From Planctomycetota bacterium (GTDB taxonomy: Bacteria; Planctomycetota; UBA11346): a stretch of 64,000 nt of DNA. Position 1 is the first letter of the stretch, and each line of letters begins with the position of its first letter. The notes beneath the pieces are model-generated. The model was not told the origin of the DNA. It was given only the letters and a program-made list of their open reading frames with translations, and ran no database searches. The stretch lies in NCBI GenBank assembly GCA_038231435.1, contig JBBRLJ010000024.1:26546-90545 (forward strand), given 5' to 3'. This document shows positions 39,490 to 50,011 of the stretch, one piece after another. The translations under genes and the position numbers were made by a program.

Positions 39490-40948
39490 GGCGAGCGCCC
39501 CGGAACTCGAGCGTTTGCGCGAAGCCCGTCCGCGTTCCTTGTTGGCGGTCGCTACCCAGCCATGGTTGTCGACCTTCCTCCTGCTCACAACCGATTTCGC
39601 CGCGATGGCCATCGCCAACGTCTCGGCCGTATGGCTACGCTTGGCGTTCGACGGCCATTTCACCCTCAACCTCTACCTCCATCTCTGGCCCCTAATCGGC
39701 CTGTTCGTGGTGGTTTTCTATGCGTACAATCTCTACTCGAGCCTGACTCCAACCCCAGCCGAGGAACTCAAGCGCATTGCCCATGCCTGCTCCATATCGT
39801 TCCTGCTTCCAGCTGCGGCAACCTTTCTCACGCGGGGGGCAGAGGATTATTCGCGCGGCGTCCTGATCATGGCGTGGCTGATGTCGATCGCCATCGTGCC
39901 GATGATGCGGGCATCGCTTCGCCGCATGGTGTGCCGTCGCAATTGGTGGGGGCATCCTGTGGTGGTACTCGGAGCCGGAGATACCGCTGAGTCCGTGGTA
40001 GCCATGCTGATCAAGCGCCCTGCATTCGGCCTCAAGCCGATTGCCATGCTCGATGATGATGTCGCCAAGCACGGAAGCCTGATCCACGGAGTGCCTGTTT
40101 TAGGCGAGCTGGGATTGGCGACTCGGATCGCCAGTGAATTCAAGGTATCTCATGCGATCCTGGCGATGCCAGGGGCTCCGCTCGCCAGGCTGCGTGAGTT
40201 GGAGGTGCAGAATCAACGGCATTTCCCGCATTTGATGGTGGTGCCGAATCTCTGCGGCTTTGCCAGCCTATGGGTGGTTCCGAGAGACCTCGGGGGCATC
40301 CTGGGCCTGGAGGTCCGGCGCAACCTGCTGCTCCCTGGCCCACAGTTGCTCAAGCGCACGATGGAGCTGTCGCTGTGCGTGATCGGGGGTGTGCTGGCGC
40401 TTCCGCTGGTGATCCTATTCGGATTGGCGATCAAACTGGAATCGCGTGGACCCGTTTTCTTTGCTCAGGAACGGATCGGCCGGGATAACACTCGCTTCCG
40501 TGCATGGAAGTTTCGATCTATGGTGCAGGATGCGAATCAGCGTCTAGCCGAATACCTGGAACGACATCCCGAATTGCGCCCGGAGTGGGACAGGGATCAC
40601 AAGTTGCGTGATGATCCGCGTCTGACTCGGGTCGGACGATTCCTCCGCAAGACCAGTCTGGATGAGTTGCCGCAGATATTGAATGTGCTGCGCGGGGAGA
40701 TGAGCTTAGTGGGGCCACGGCCTATCGTGGATGCGGAAGTGAAGCGGTATGGAGATGATTTCGACCTCTTCAACCAAGTACGGCCTGGCATCACTGGACT
40801 ATGGCAGGTGTCCGGACGCAACGATGTGACCTACGAGGAACGGGTGGCTCTCGATTGCTATTATGTGCGGAATTGGTCGGTGTGGCTCGATGTGTTCATC
40901 CTAGCGAAGACGGTGCGGGTGGTCGTGGCTGGAAAAGGCGCTTATTAG
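39440..40948 (+). CDS. wbaP: Undecaprenyl-phosphate hexose phosphotransferase (WbaP-like)
   Basis: N-terminal TMs, [34 protein letters not shown]. Start uncertain. Confidence 0.88.
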   Translation: MNDGRISAGTVHRSALKASAPELERLREARPRSLLAVATQPWLSTFLLLTTDFAAMAIANVSAVWLRLAFDGHFTLNLYLHLWPLIGLFVVVFYAYNLYSSLTPTPAEELKRIAHACSISFLLPAAATFLTRGAEDYSRGVLIMAWLMSIAIVPMMRASLRRMVCRRNWWGHPVVVLGAGDTAESVVAMLIKRPAFGLKPIAMLDDDVAKHGSLIHGVPVLGELGLATRIASEFKVSHAILAMPGAPLARLRELEVQNQRHFPHLMVVPNLCGFASLWVVPRDLGGILGLEVRRNLLLPGPQLLKRTMELSLCVIGGVLALPLVILFGLAIKLESRGPVFFAQERIGRDNTRFRAWKFRSMVQDANQRLAEYLERHPELRPEWDRDHKLRDDPRLTRVGRFLRKTSLDELPQILNVLRGEMSLVGPRPIVDAEVKRYGDDFDLFNQVRPGITGLWQVSGRNDVTYEERVALDCYYVRNWSVWLDVFILAKTVRVVVAGKGAY

Positions 40949-41189
40949 ACGTCTGCCGGGATCCGCTTACACGTTCACCCGGAGGAATCGATCGCGCCTT
41001 CGAAAACCGCGTGAGCACAGTTAGGGCCGACAGGGATTACATCAATCTGACACTGAGCGACAGAGAACTACGGGGGAAACGGTGGCGCCGTGTCGCCTTG
41101 CTATTCGACATAAGTCCTCATGCTGCCGAGCTACCCTGGATTACGGGTATCTGACCGAGAACTGCACGGAAAACCCATCTGGCTGACGC

Positions 41190-41999
41190 ATGGCAACACG
41201 ACCTACGCTTCCCCCGGCCATGATCCTCTGTGGTGGACAAGGCACGCGCCTACGGGATGTCACCGAGATCCTGCCGAAGCCGATGGTGCCAGTGGGGCCG
41301 CATCCGATTGTCTGGCACATCATGAAGACCTATGCATCTTTCGGAGTGCGCCGGTTCATATTGTGTCTGGGGTATAAACGCGAATCCTTCATCGACTATT
41401 TCGTCAACTATCATGCGCGCGCGACAGATGTCACCTTGACCCTCGGACGGCATCCGCAGATCGCCTATCATGGGGAGCACGGAGAAGAGGACTGGGAGGT
41501 CACGCTCGCCGATACCGGCGATCGCACCATGACTGGTGGACGAGTCTATCGTGCCGCAAAGTATCTCAAAGACACAGACGAGAGTTTTTTTCTCACCTAT
41601 GGTGATGGATTGGCGAATGTGGATGTAGGCAAACAATACGCCGTCCATCAGGCACACGCAAAAGCCATCACCGTAACGGCAGTGCATCCGTCTGGTCGGT
41701 TCGGAGAGATGAAGGTAGATGGGGACGCGGTAATCGGCTTCCAAGAGAAACCGCAAACAGAAATCGGATTGATCAATGGCGGGTACATGGTGCTCCGCCG
41801 TTCATTCATCACGAAATATCTCCATGCCGATCCGAAATTGATCCTGGAGCAGGATCCCATGCGTTCCGCGGTCGCTCATGGGGACATGTCCGCGTTCATG
41901 CATGGTGGCTTCTGGCAATGCATGGATACCGCGCGTGAGCATAAGTTCCTCAATGAGCTTTGGGACCAGGGCAACGCCCCGTGGAAGGAACATTGGTGA
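41190..41999 (+). CDS. rfbF: Glucose-1-phosphate cytidylyltransferase
   Basis: LCGGQGTRL, PKPMV, TMTGGR, TYGDG, FWQCMDT, APW. Confidence 0.93.
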   Translation: MATRPTLPPAMILCGGQGTRLRDVTEILPKPMVPVGPHPIVWHIMKTYASFGVRRFILCLGYKRESFIDYFVNYHARATDVTLTLGRHPQIAYHGEHGEEDWEVTLADTGDRTMTGGRVYRAAKYLKDTDESFFLTYGDGLANVDVGKQYAVHQAHAKAITVTAVHPSGRFGEMKVDGDAVIGFQEKPQTEIGLINGGYMVLRRSFITKYLHADPKLILEQDPMRSAVAHGDMSAFMHGGFWQCMDTAREHKFLNELWDQGNAPWKEHW

Positions 42000-43102
42000 T
42001 GTTCGACGGTTTCTACAAGGGAAGGAGGATCCTCGTTACAGGTCACACCGGGTTCAAGGGATCCTGGTTAAGTCAATGGCTGATCCAACTCGGTGCGGAA
42101 GTCACGGGGCTGGCTTTGCCGCCCGCGACGACGCCGAGTCTGTTCGCGGAACTCGGTCTCGAACGCTTCCTGACGCATCATACGGCCGATGTGCGCAATG
42201 CCGGCGCGATCGCATCGGTCCTCTCCACTGCCCGACCGGAGATCGTCTTCCACCTGGCCGCTCAGCCGCTGGTGCGGGAATCGTACCGCGATCCGAAATC
42301 GACCTTCGACATCAATGTCGGAGGAACTGTCAATGTATTGGAGGCGATCCGCGGAACGCCAGGAGTCGCGGTATGCGTCGTGGTCACGACCGATAAGTGC
42401 TACGAGAACCGGGAATGGCCATGGGGCTATCGCGAGATCGACCCCATGGGTGGACATGATCCGTACAGTGCCAGTAAGGGCGCTGCGGAACTGGTGGTAG
42501 CGAGTTATCGACGTTCATTCTTTGCAAAAAATGGCCTCCGGATTGCCTCCGCCCGAGCCGGCAATGTCATCGGCGGGGGGGATTGGGCGAAGGATCGGAT
42601 CGTCACCGATTTCATCCGCAGGATCGGTGCTGGTGGTGATCTCGAGTTGCGGAATCCCAAGGCTACCCGTCCTTGGCAGCATGTGCTCGAACCGCTGTCG
42701 GGGTATCTGCACTTGGCACGCATGTTGGCCAGCGACCAAGGCGCGAGATTCGCTGAGGCATGGAATTTCGGACCTGATGATGAATCGGTCATTCCCGTCG
42801 AGGCCCTCGCACGTCTCCTGGTCAAAGCCTGGGGTGCTGGACGAGTCATTACAGCGGCGGCAAGCCATCAGCCGCACGAGGCGGGGCTGCTGAAGCTCGA
42901 TTGCAGCAAGGCGGCGCACGAATTGGGTTGGAGGGGCGTTTGGGGGGTCGCACAGGCCGTGAACCAGACCGTGTCCTGGTACCGGCAGCACGCGGAGTCC
43001 GGTGATCTGGCGGAAATCACCAGTCGACAGATCAGCATGTATGCCCGCGATGCGGCCGCGCGTGGCCTTCCCTGGGCCGACCATTTGGAGGCGAAAGCGT
43101 GA
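41999..43102 (+). CDS. rfbG: CDP-glucose 4,6-dehydratase
   Basis: TGHTGFKGSWL, HLAAQPLV, TDKCYEN, DPYSASK, RPWQHVLEPL. Confidence 0.95.
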   Translation: MFDGFYKGRRILVTGHTGFKGSWLSQWLIQLGAEVTGLALPPATTPSLFAELGLERFLTHHTADVRNAGAIASVLSTARPEIVFHLAAQPLVRESYRDPKSTFDINVGGTVNVLEAIRGTPGVAVCVVVTTDKCYENREWPWGYREIDPMGGHDPYSASKGAAELVVASYRRSFFAKNGLRIASARAGNVIGGGDWAKDRIVTDFIRRIGAGGDLELRNPKATRPWQHVLEPLSGYLHLARMLASDQGARFAEAWNFGPDDESVIPVEALARLLVKAWGAGRVITAAASHQPHEAGLLKLDCSKAAHELGWRGVWGVAQAVNQTVSWYRQHAESGDLAEITSRQISMYARDAAARGLPWADHLEAKA

Positions 43103-44526
43103 ACGACAGATTGTCCCAGCTGAAGCGCGAGATCCTCGAGCGCACGAAAGAGCTCGTCCAGTTGCAGCAGTCGGCGCCAAAGGATCCTTCCCAGGATCCG
43201 GTGCCGTATGCGGCGCGGGTCTACGACCATGAGGAAGTCGTCGCCGGTGTGTCGAGCATGCTCGATTTCTGGCTGACATTGGGGCCCGAAGGCGACGCCT
43301 TCGAGAAGGAGTTGGCCGCGTATCTCGGTGTGCGCACGAGCCTACTCGTCAACTCCGGATCGTCGGCGAATCTCGTCGCATTCGCAGCGCTGACTTCGCA
43401 CAAGCTCGGGGATCGTCAGATTCGGCCGGGGGACGAGGTCATCACTCCAGCGGCGGGATTTCCCACCACCGTAGCGCCGATCATCCAGAACGGGGCTGTT
43501 CCGGTCTTCATCGACAACGACCCGTTCACTGGCAACGCGCGCGTGGACATGTTGGAGGGCGCGTACGTCAAGGGCCGCACCAAGGCTGTGATGATGGCCC
43601 ATACGCTGGGCAACCCTTTCGATCTCCGCGAAACCAAGCGCTTCTGCGACGACCACGGCCTGTGGCTGATCGAAGACAACTGCGACGCGCTGGGCAGCCG
43701 TTACGATGGGCGTTTGACGGGAACATTCGGCGACATCAGCACCCAGAGCTTTTATCCCCCTCACCACCTCACAATGGGCGAGGGCGGCGCAGTATCGATC
43801 GTCAAGAACGCGCAGCTCAAGGTATTGGCCGAATCCTTCCGTGATTGGGGCCGCGACTGCTGGTGTCCGTCCGGCAAGGACAATACCTGCAGGAAGCGAT
43901 TCGATTGGGAGCTCGGCGAATTGCCGAAAGGGTACGATCACAAGTACATCTACAGTCACCTAGGCTACAATCTCAAGCCCACCGATCCCCAGGCCGCCAT
44001 CGGCCGCGCCCAGCTGAAGAAACTGCCGTCGTTCGTCGACGCTAGACGCCGCAATTGGGACATCCTGCGCAAGGCGCTGGCTCCGCTCGAGGACGTCGTC
44101 GATTTCATGCTCCCGACGCATGCGCGCTCCTGGACTCCGACCGGCCTGGTGTGGCAGGAAGGCGCACCCCGCGTGGACCCCAGTTGGTTCGGGTTCATGA
44201 TGCTCGTCAAGCCGAGCTCGCCGGTATCCCGCAGGGATCTCGCTCACCACCTGGATCGCGCGCGCATCGGAAACCGCATGCTTTTCGGTGGAAACTTGGT
44301 GCGTCAGCCGGCTTTCGTGGCTCTCAAGCGTCAGTTCGACAACGGCGAGCGCCAAGGGTCGTCCGCTCCGTACAGGGTCATGGGGGATCTGGCTGGAGCG
44401 GATCGCATCATGAACGAGTCCCTGTTCATCGGCGTGTATCCAGGCCTTCATCGACAGCACATAGATAGGATGTCAACCACCATCACCGCCATCATGCGTC
44501 AGCAGCAGAGCGCAACGGGCGTATGA
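43099..44526 (+). CDS. rfbH: CDP-4-keto-6-deoxyglucose 3-dehydrase (E1)
   Basis: NSGSSANL, EDNCDALG, SFYPPHHLTMGEGG (His at the PLP-Lys site), DWGRDCWC, DNTC. Confidence 0.95.
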   Translation: MNDRLSQLKREILERTKELVQLQQSAPKDPSQDPVPYAARVYDHEEVVAGVSSMLDFWLTLGPEGDAFEKELAAYLGVRTSLLVNSGSSANLVAFAALTSHKLGDRQIRPGDEVITPAAGFPTTVAPIIQNGAVPVFIDNDPFTGNARVDMLEGAYVKGRTKAVMMAHTLGNPFDLRETKRFCDDHGLWLIEDNCDALGSRYDGRLTGTFGDISTQSFYPPHHLTMGEGGAVSIVKNAQLKVLAESFRDWGRDCWCPSGKDNTCRKRFDWELGELPKGYDHKYIYSHLGYNLKPTDPQAAIGRAQLKKLPSFVDARRRNWDILRKALAPLEDVVDFMLPTHARSWTPTGLVWQEGAPRVDPSWFGFMMLVKPSSPVSRRDLAHHLDRARIGNRMLFGGNLVRQPAFVALKRQFDNGERQGSSAPYRVMGDLAGADRIMNESLFIGVYPGLHRQHIDRMSTTITAIMRQQQSATGV

Positions 44527-45605
44527 TTTCCCGCGAGCTGCCCCGAGATGACCTCGACCGAGTCGCCAGTTGGGGTGGCTCGGATTGGGATCATCTTCGG
44601 GGCGCGCGCGTTTTCCTGACCGGTGGTACCGGGTTCATCGGTACATGGATGCTGGGCGCCGCGATCCACGCAACGGAGATACGCGGGCTCGATACTCGGT
44701 TCGTCGCGTTGAGTCGCGATCCTGAGCGCTTTCGCGTCCGCTTCCCATCCATCGCCAACCATCCGAGGGTGAGCCTCCTGGCCGGGGATGTGAGGACTTT
44801 TCCCATTCCTCAGGAGCGCTTCACGCATGCGATCCATGCCGCCACGGACGCGAGCGCGACGATGAATCTCGAGCGCCCGATGGAGATGATCGATACGATC
44901 GTCGGGGGCACTCGGCATGTGCTGGATGCCGCGATCGCGATGGGATGCCAACGTGTCCTGTTCGTGAGCTCCGGAGCGGTGTACGGCAAGCAGCCCTCGT
45001 CGATCACTTCGGTGAGCGAAGAGTACATGGGTGGACCGGATCCATTGCATCCGACTTCCGCATACGGTGAAGGAAAGCGATTGGCAGAACAAGTCTGCGC
45101 GGCGTTCAGCAGGCTTCATGGCATCGATGTCGCCATAGCGCGGTGCTGGGCCTTCATTGGGCCCTTGCTGCCCCTGGACGCCCACTTCGCCGCCGGGAAC
45201 CTCATCTCCGATGGGCTGCGCGGAGGGCCTTTGCTCATCAAAGGAGATGGCACGACCGTGCGCTCGTATCTCTATGCTGCGGATCTCGCCGCCTGGCTGT
45301 GGCGCATCGCCCTGCGTGGCGCTGTACTCAGAGCCTACAATGTGGGATCAGATGTCGCCGTGACCATACGCGAACTGGCTGAAGCCGTTGGGCGTGCTTG
45401 CGGCGGCGCCTTCGATGTGCAGATCGCCCAGTCGGTCAAGCCGGGTTATCATGTGGACAGGTACGTGCCTGACATCACGCGCGCGCGTAATGAATTGGGC
45501 CTGGAGATATTCACGCCGTTGGACCGTGCCCTGGCCTCCACCATCGCTTGGCACCGGAACGGTGACGCCGCGTTCCCAGCCCGGGCAGCCGGTACCATGA
45601 CATGA
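44523..45605 (+). CDS. NAD-dependent epimerase/dehydratase/reductase
   Basis: TGGTGFIG, SSGAVYG, YGEGK, RSYLY. Confidence 0.85.
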   Translation: MISRELPRDDLDRVASWGGSDWDHLRGARVFLTGGTGFIGTWMLGAAIHATEIRGLDTRFVALSRDPERFRVRFPSIANHPRVSLLAGDVRTFPIPQERFTHAIHAATDASATMNLERPMEMIDTIVGGTRHVLDAAIAMGCQRVLFVSSGAVYGKQPSSITSVSEEYMGGPDPLHPTSAYGEGKRLAEQVCAAFSRLHGIDVAIARCWAFIGPLLPLDAHFAAGNLISDGLRGGPLLIKGDGTTVRSYLYAADLAAWLWRIALRGAVLRAYNVGSDVAVTIRELAEAVGRACGGAFDVQIAQSVKPGYHVDRYVPDITRARNELGLEIFTPLDRALASTIAWHRNGDAAFPARAAGTMT

Positions 45606-47419
45606 CCATGATGCGCGTCGCGGATTACGTCGCCCAGGCATTGGCGCGTCACGGGATCACCCAGATCTTCCTGGTCACGGGCGGTGGCGCGATGCATCTG
45701 AACGATGCTATCGGCCGCTGCAAAGACCTGACTTACATCTGCTGCCATCATGAGCAGGCATGCGCCATGGCTGCCGAGAGCTACTTCCGGCTCAGCGGCC
45801 GATTGGCGGCCATCAATGTGACCTCGGGACCAGGAGGCACCAATGCCATCACCGGCGTGTACGGAGCGTTCGTGGATTCCCTCGGCATGGTTGTCATCTC
45901 GGGACAGGTGAAATGGGAGACCCTGGTCCGTAGCACAGGTCTGCCTTTGCGCCAGTTAGGCGATCAGGAGTTGGATATCATCCCGATCGTCAAGACGATC
46001 ACCAAGTACGCCGAGATGGTCACCGATCCGCAATCCATCCGCTACCATGTCGAGCGCGCGCTGCACCTGGCCGTCAGCGGCCGACCTGGACCGGTGTGGC
46101 TCGATATTCCGTTGAATGTCCAGGGTGCTATGGTCGATCCAGAAGCCCTGAGCTCCTACGATCCAGCGGAAGACGCTCCGGTATGGGAGACGCCCAACCT
46201 CCAGGCTGCCTGTAATGATGTGGTCCAATACCTGCTGAAGGCGAAACGGCCGGTCGTCTACGTTGGAGCGGGAGTCCGCATCTCGGGCATGCAACCAGAA
46301 CTTCTGCGCTTGCTTGAGCGACTACGGATCCCGGTGGTCACTGCATGGAATTCTCACGATCTGGTGGCCGACGACCATCCGTGCTATGCCGGAAGGCCTG
46401 GATCGATTGGAGATCGTCCGGGAAATTTCACGGTCCAGAACTCGGACTTCGTGCTGGTGCTCGGTTGTCGCCTCAACATCCGGCAGGTCAGCTATGCATG
46501 GGACAACTTCGCGCGCCATGCGCACGTGGCGATGGTGGACGTGGACGCCGCTGAATTGAAGAAGCCGACGCTGAAAGTCGGAACGCCTATCCATGCGGAT
46601 CTCAAATCAGCGCTGCCGATGCTGACCGCCGCCGCGCCTGAGAACGGGGACCGCCGTCATGCCGAGTGGCTGGCTTGGTGTAGGGACAAGGTGGTCAGGT
46701 ACCCGACGGTCCTCCCTGAGTATTGGCAGGCGACCGGCCTGATAAATCCGTACTGTTTCGGACAAGCACTGTTCGAGGCCCTCGATGTCGACGACGCCGT
46801 AGTCACCGGCGACGGCACCGCGTGCGTGACCACCTTCCAATCTGCAAGGATCCGCGGATCCCAACGTCTTTACACCAACTCTGGTTGCGCATCCATGGGT
46901 TATGATGTTCCGGGTGCGATCGGCGCCTGCCTGGCCCGGGGCCGTAGGCGCACCGTGTGCGTGGCCGGAGACGGCAGCATCCAGATGAACATCCAGGAAC
47001 TGCAGACGATCGTCGGGGCGAACCTGCCCATTAAGATCTTCGTGCTCAACAATGAGGGATATCACTCCATCCGCCAGACGCAGACGGCGTATTTCCCGGA
47101 CAGCCTCATCGGCTTCGATGCGGCGAGCGGCGTCTCGTTTCCTGATTTCGAACGCATCGCCTACGGCTACCGTCTGCCATTCGTGAGGTGCTCGACGGTC
47201 CAGGCCATGCCAGACGTCATTCGCGCGTTCCTCGCGGCTCCTGGGCCAGGAATCTGTGAGGTGATGCTCGATCCGCACCAACCATTCGCGCCCAAGCTCT
47301 CGAGCAAGAAACTCGCGAACGGAAAGATGGTGTCCGCTCCTCTCGAGGACCTCGCCCCATTTCTACCTCGTGACGAATTCATCAAGAACATGATCGTCCC
47401 GACCCTTACCGAATCCTGA
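45602..47419 (+). CDS. ThDP-dependent carboligase (YerE/IlvB-like)
   Basis: GGGAMHLNDA, HHEQA, TSGPGGTN, GRPGPVWLDIP, GDGS...NN. Confidence 0.88.
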   Translation: MTMMRVADYVAQALARHGITQIFLVTGGGAMHLNDAIGRCKDLTYICCHHEQACAMAAESYFRLSGRLAAINVTSGPGGTNAITGVYGAFVDSLGMVVISGQVKWETLVRSTGLPLRQLGDQELDIIPIVKTITKYAEMVTDPQSIRYHVERALHLAVSGRPGPVWLDIPLNVQGAMVDPEALSSYDPAEDAPVWETPNLQAACNDVVQYLLKAKRPVVYVGAGVRISGMQPELLRLLERLRIPVVTAWNSHDLVADDHPCYAGRPGSIGDRPGNFTVQNSDFVLVLGCRLNIRQVSYAWDNFARHAHVAMVDVDAAELKKPTLKVGTPIHADLKSALPMLTAAAPENGDRRHAEWLAWCRDKVVRYPTVLPEYWQATGLINPYCFGQALFEALDVDDAVVTGDGTACVTTFQSARIRGSQRLYTNSGCASMGYDVPGAIGACLARGRRRTVCVAGDGSIQMNIQELQTIVGANLPIKIFVLNNEGYHSIRQTQTAYFPDSLIGFDAASGVSFPDFERIAYGYRLPFVRCSTVQAMPDVIRAFLAAPGPGICEVMLDPHQPFAPKLSSKKLANGKMVSAPLEDLAPFLPRDEFIKNMIVPTLTES

Positions 47420-47441
47420 AACCTCTGGAACAAGGAACCTC

Positions 47442-48263
47442 ATGAACCCCACCGAAAAGAAGATGGTGCAGATCCTCGGAACACTGAAGGAACGTTTCCA
47501 CGTCACCGGGGTGAAGGCCGAATTCGAGGCCGAGGGCACGCGCATGGAAGAGGCGATGCTCCTCAAGCATGTCGTCGCCGCAGCTGGAGTCAGTCTCAAC
47601 ATCAAGATCGGAGGTTGCGAAGCCATCCGTGACATGTTCGACGCCGTCAGTCTTGGCGCCAATCGCATCATCGCTCCGATGGTCGAGACCCCGTACGCAT
47701 TGCGGAAATTCCTCGGCGCCGTGAAGATTGCGTTCTTCAACGGCGGGCATGACGATTGCGAATTCCTGGTCAACCTCGAGACGGTCACCTCGTTCGAGAA
47801 CTTCGACGCCATGCTCGCGATCCCCGAGATCAAGCAGCTGCATGGCATCGTCATCGGCCGGGTGGATCTGACCGGATCGATGGGATTGTCGCGCGAAGAC
47901 GTGAATGGCGACAAAGTGCTCAAGCTGTCGTGCGAAGCGGCCGCCAAGGCGAAGGCCAGGGGATTGCAGGTCGTGGTGGGAGGTGGCGTCTCCGTCCACT
48001 CCATACCATTCTTCACGGCATTCCCAAAAGGGCACCTGGATCGGTTCGAAACCCGCAAGGTGATCTTCAACTGTCCCGGCGCCCTGAACGATCCTGAAGA
48101 GGCCTTCCTCCTGGCGGTCGAGTTCGAAATGCTCTGGTTGAAGAACAAGAAAGAGTATTACGGCGCGATCTATCGCGAGGATGACAACCGCATAAAGATG
48201 CTCGAGCAGCGGTATGCGAAATCCATCGATGCCATCCACGGGAAAAAGCAGGCCGCGAATTGA
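47442..48263 (+). CDS. HpcH/CitE-like aldolase/lyase
   Basis: KAEFEAEG, KIGGCEA, APMVET, NLET, GRVDL. Confidence 0.7.
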   Translation: MNPTEKKMVQILGTLKERFHVTGVKAEFEAEGTRMEEAMLLKHVVAAAGVSLNIKIGGCEAIRDMFDAVSLGANRIIAPMVETPYALRKFLGAVKIAFFNGGHDDCEFLVNLETVTSFENFDAMLAIPEIKQLHGIVIGRVDLTGSMGLSREDVNGDKVLKLSCEAAAKAKARGLQVVVGGGVSVHSIPFFTAFPKGHLDRFETRKVIFNCPGALNDPEEAFLLAVEFEMLWLKNKKEYYGAIYREDDNRIKMLEQRYAKSIDAIHGKKQAAN

Positions 48264-48931
48264 TGCCGAAGGTAGCGGTGGTGACAGGTGGCTCGCGCGG
48301 CATCGGCAAGGCGATCGCCGCCGAACTGGCTCGTCAGGGGATCAACGTGCGCGCGCCGGGACGTGCCGAGCTGGATTTAGCCGATCCGACGCGCATACAG
48401 GGCTGGCTGGCCAGCCCTGGCGCGGACAACATCGATATCCTGGTGAACAATGCCGGCATCAACGAGTTGGGGACGGTGAGCGAGATGTCCGATGAGGCAT
48501 GGAAGTCCATGCTTCAAATCAACCTCACGGCTCCCCTGGCGCTCTGCCGCGGTCTGATGGGGCCGATGATGGAACGCGGCTGGGGCCGTATCGTCAGCGT
48601 ATCCTCCATCTGGTCGATTCTCGGTCGAGAACGGCGTGGGGGCTACGCGGCCACCAAAGCGGCGATCAATGGTTTGACCCGCGTCGCCGCGGTCGAGGGC
48701 GCCCGTTCGGGGGTTCTGGTGAATGCCGTGGCTCCTGGATACATCGCCACCGAACTAACGCGCAGGAACAATTCGCCACAGGACATCCTCGAAATAGAGA
48801 AGCGCATTCCCGCGGGTCGCCTCGGTGAACCTGATGAGATTGCTCGAGTGGTCGCCTGGCTCTGCTCCGAAGCCAACACCTATGTCACAGGCCAGACCAT
48901 CGTCGCCGACGGTGGATTCTCGATCGTCTGA
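48260..48931 (+). CDS. SDR oxidoreductase
   Basis: TGGSRGIG, NNAG, YAATK, VNAVAPG. Confidence 0.9.
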   Translation: MMPKVAVVTGGSRGIGKAIAAELARQGINVRAPGRAELDLADPTRIQGWLASPGADNIDILVNNAGINELGTVSEMSDEAWKSMLQINLTAPLALCRGLMGPMMERGWGRIVSVSSIWSILGRERRGGYAATKAAINGLTRVAAVEGARSGVLVNAVAPGYIATELTRRNNSPQDILEIEKRIPAGRLGEPDEIARVVAWLCSEANTYVTGQTIVADGGFSIV

Positions 48932-48933
48932 TC

Positions 48934-49998
48934 ATGCGCATCGACATCAGCAGTCGTTCGGGTCCATACGCGGTCGAATCCGCCGAGACCATCTCTCAAG
49001 CGGTTTCGCGCGCATGCGTCGCCGGCAAGACCTGGGTACTGGCTGACGCTTCGGTGTTCGCCCTGCACGACGAGGCCATCCTCGAATCGGTGTCGCGAGA
49101 GCGCATCCTGACGCTGGAGGCGAACGAAGAGGCGAAGTCGTTCGAACGTCTTGCGCCGGTGTTCACTTGGCTCCTGAAGGGTGGATTCAAGCGCGATTGT
49201 ACTTTGCTTGCGATCGGCGGAGGGGTCATCCAGGATATTTCGGCGTTCGTGGCGACGGTGCTCGTGCGCGGCATCCGCTGGGATTTCATTCCCACGACTC
49301 TTTTGGCTCAGTGCGACAGCTGCATCGGAGCGAAGAGTTCGATCAACATAGGATCCTACAAGAACCAGTTGGGGAGCTTCTATCCTCCCGCGGTGATCCA
49401 CCTAGTCCCAGCGGTGCTCGCCACGCTTCCCCGCGAAGCGGTGTTTTCCGGTCTGGGTGAGGTGATCAAATTCCATCTTCTCGACGGCAAACCCGCTTGG
49501 GAAGCCATCCAGCGCGAATTGCTGCCGGAACGCATCCCTGCTCTGGAGCCATTGATCTGGACATCGCTGGGGATCAAGAAGCGATACATCGAAGTCGATG
49601 AACTCGATACCGGCATCCGCAATCTGTTGAATTATGGCCACACTTTCGGTCATGCGTTCGAATCCGCCACGGGTTTCGGGATCCCGCATGGCATCGGCGT
49701 CGCTCTTGGCATGTCCGCCGCCACCTTCATTTCTGCGCGCCGTCACCTGGTTTCCGCAGAACATTTTCTCGAGGTCGACAGCGTGCTCCGGCGCATCTAT
49801 CGCCCGTTCGAACAACGCCTGCGCGATGCCGGAATGGAGTCGATCCTTTCGGGAATGCGTGCCGACAAGAAGAACACCCATGGCGCGACCTACGTCATCC
49901 TCACGAACGGGCCAGGGGCCATGGTGAAGACCAAGGTTGATCTGGATAAGGAGATCGCTCCGTTGTTGACCGAATTCATCCGCGCCATCCAAGCATAG
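48934..49998 (+). CDS. AroB-related sugar-phosphate cyclase
   Basis: GGGVIQD, PTTLLAQCDSCIGAK, KNQLG, GEVIK, NYGHTFGHAFE, PHG. Confidence 0.85.
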   Translation: MRIDISSRSGPYAVESAETISQAVSRACVAGKTWVLADASVFALHDEAILESVSRERILTLEANEEAKSFERLAPVFTWLLKGGFKRDCTLLAIGGGVIQDISAFVATVLVRGIRWDFIPTTLLAQCDSCIGAKSSINIGSYKNQLGSFYPPAVIHLVPAVLATLPREAVFSGLGEVIKFHLLDGKPAWEAIQRELLPERIPALEPLIWTSLGIKKRYIEVDELDTGIRNLLNYGHTFGHAFESATGFGIPHGIGVALGMSAATFISARRHLVSAEHFLEVDSVLRRIYRPFEQRLRDAGMESILSGMRADKKNTHGATYVILTNGPGAMVKTKVDLDKEIAPLLTEFIRAIQA

Positions 49999-50011
49999 CG
50001 GGACGCACGAC

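Noticed and set aside
48934..49998. Housekeeping aroB
   Set aside because: Divergent motifs and glycan-operon context, with no aroK or other shikimate genes nearby.
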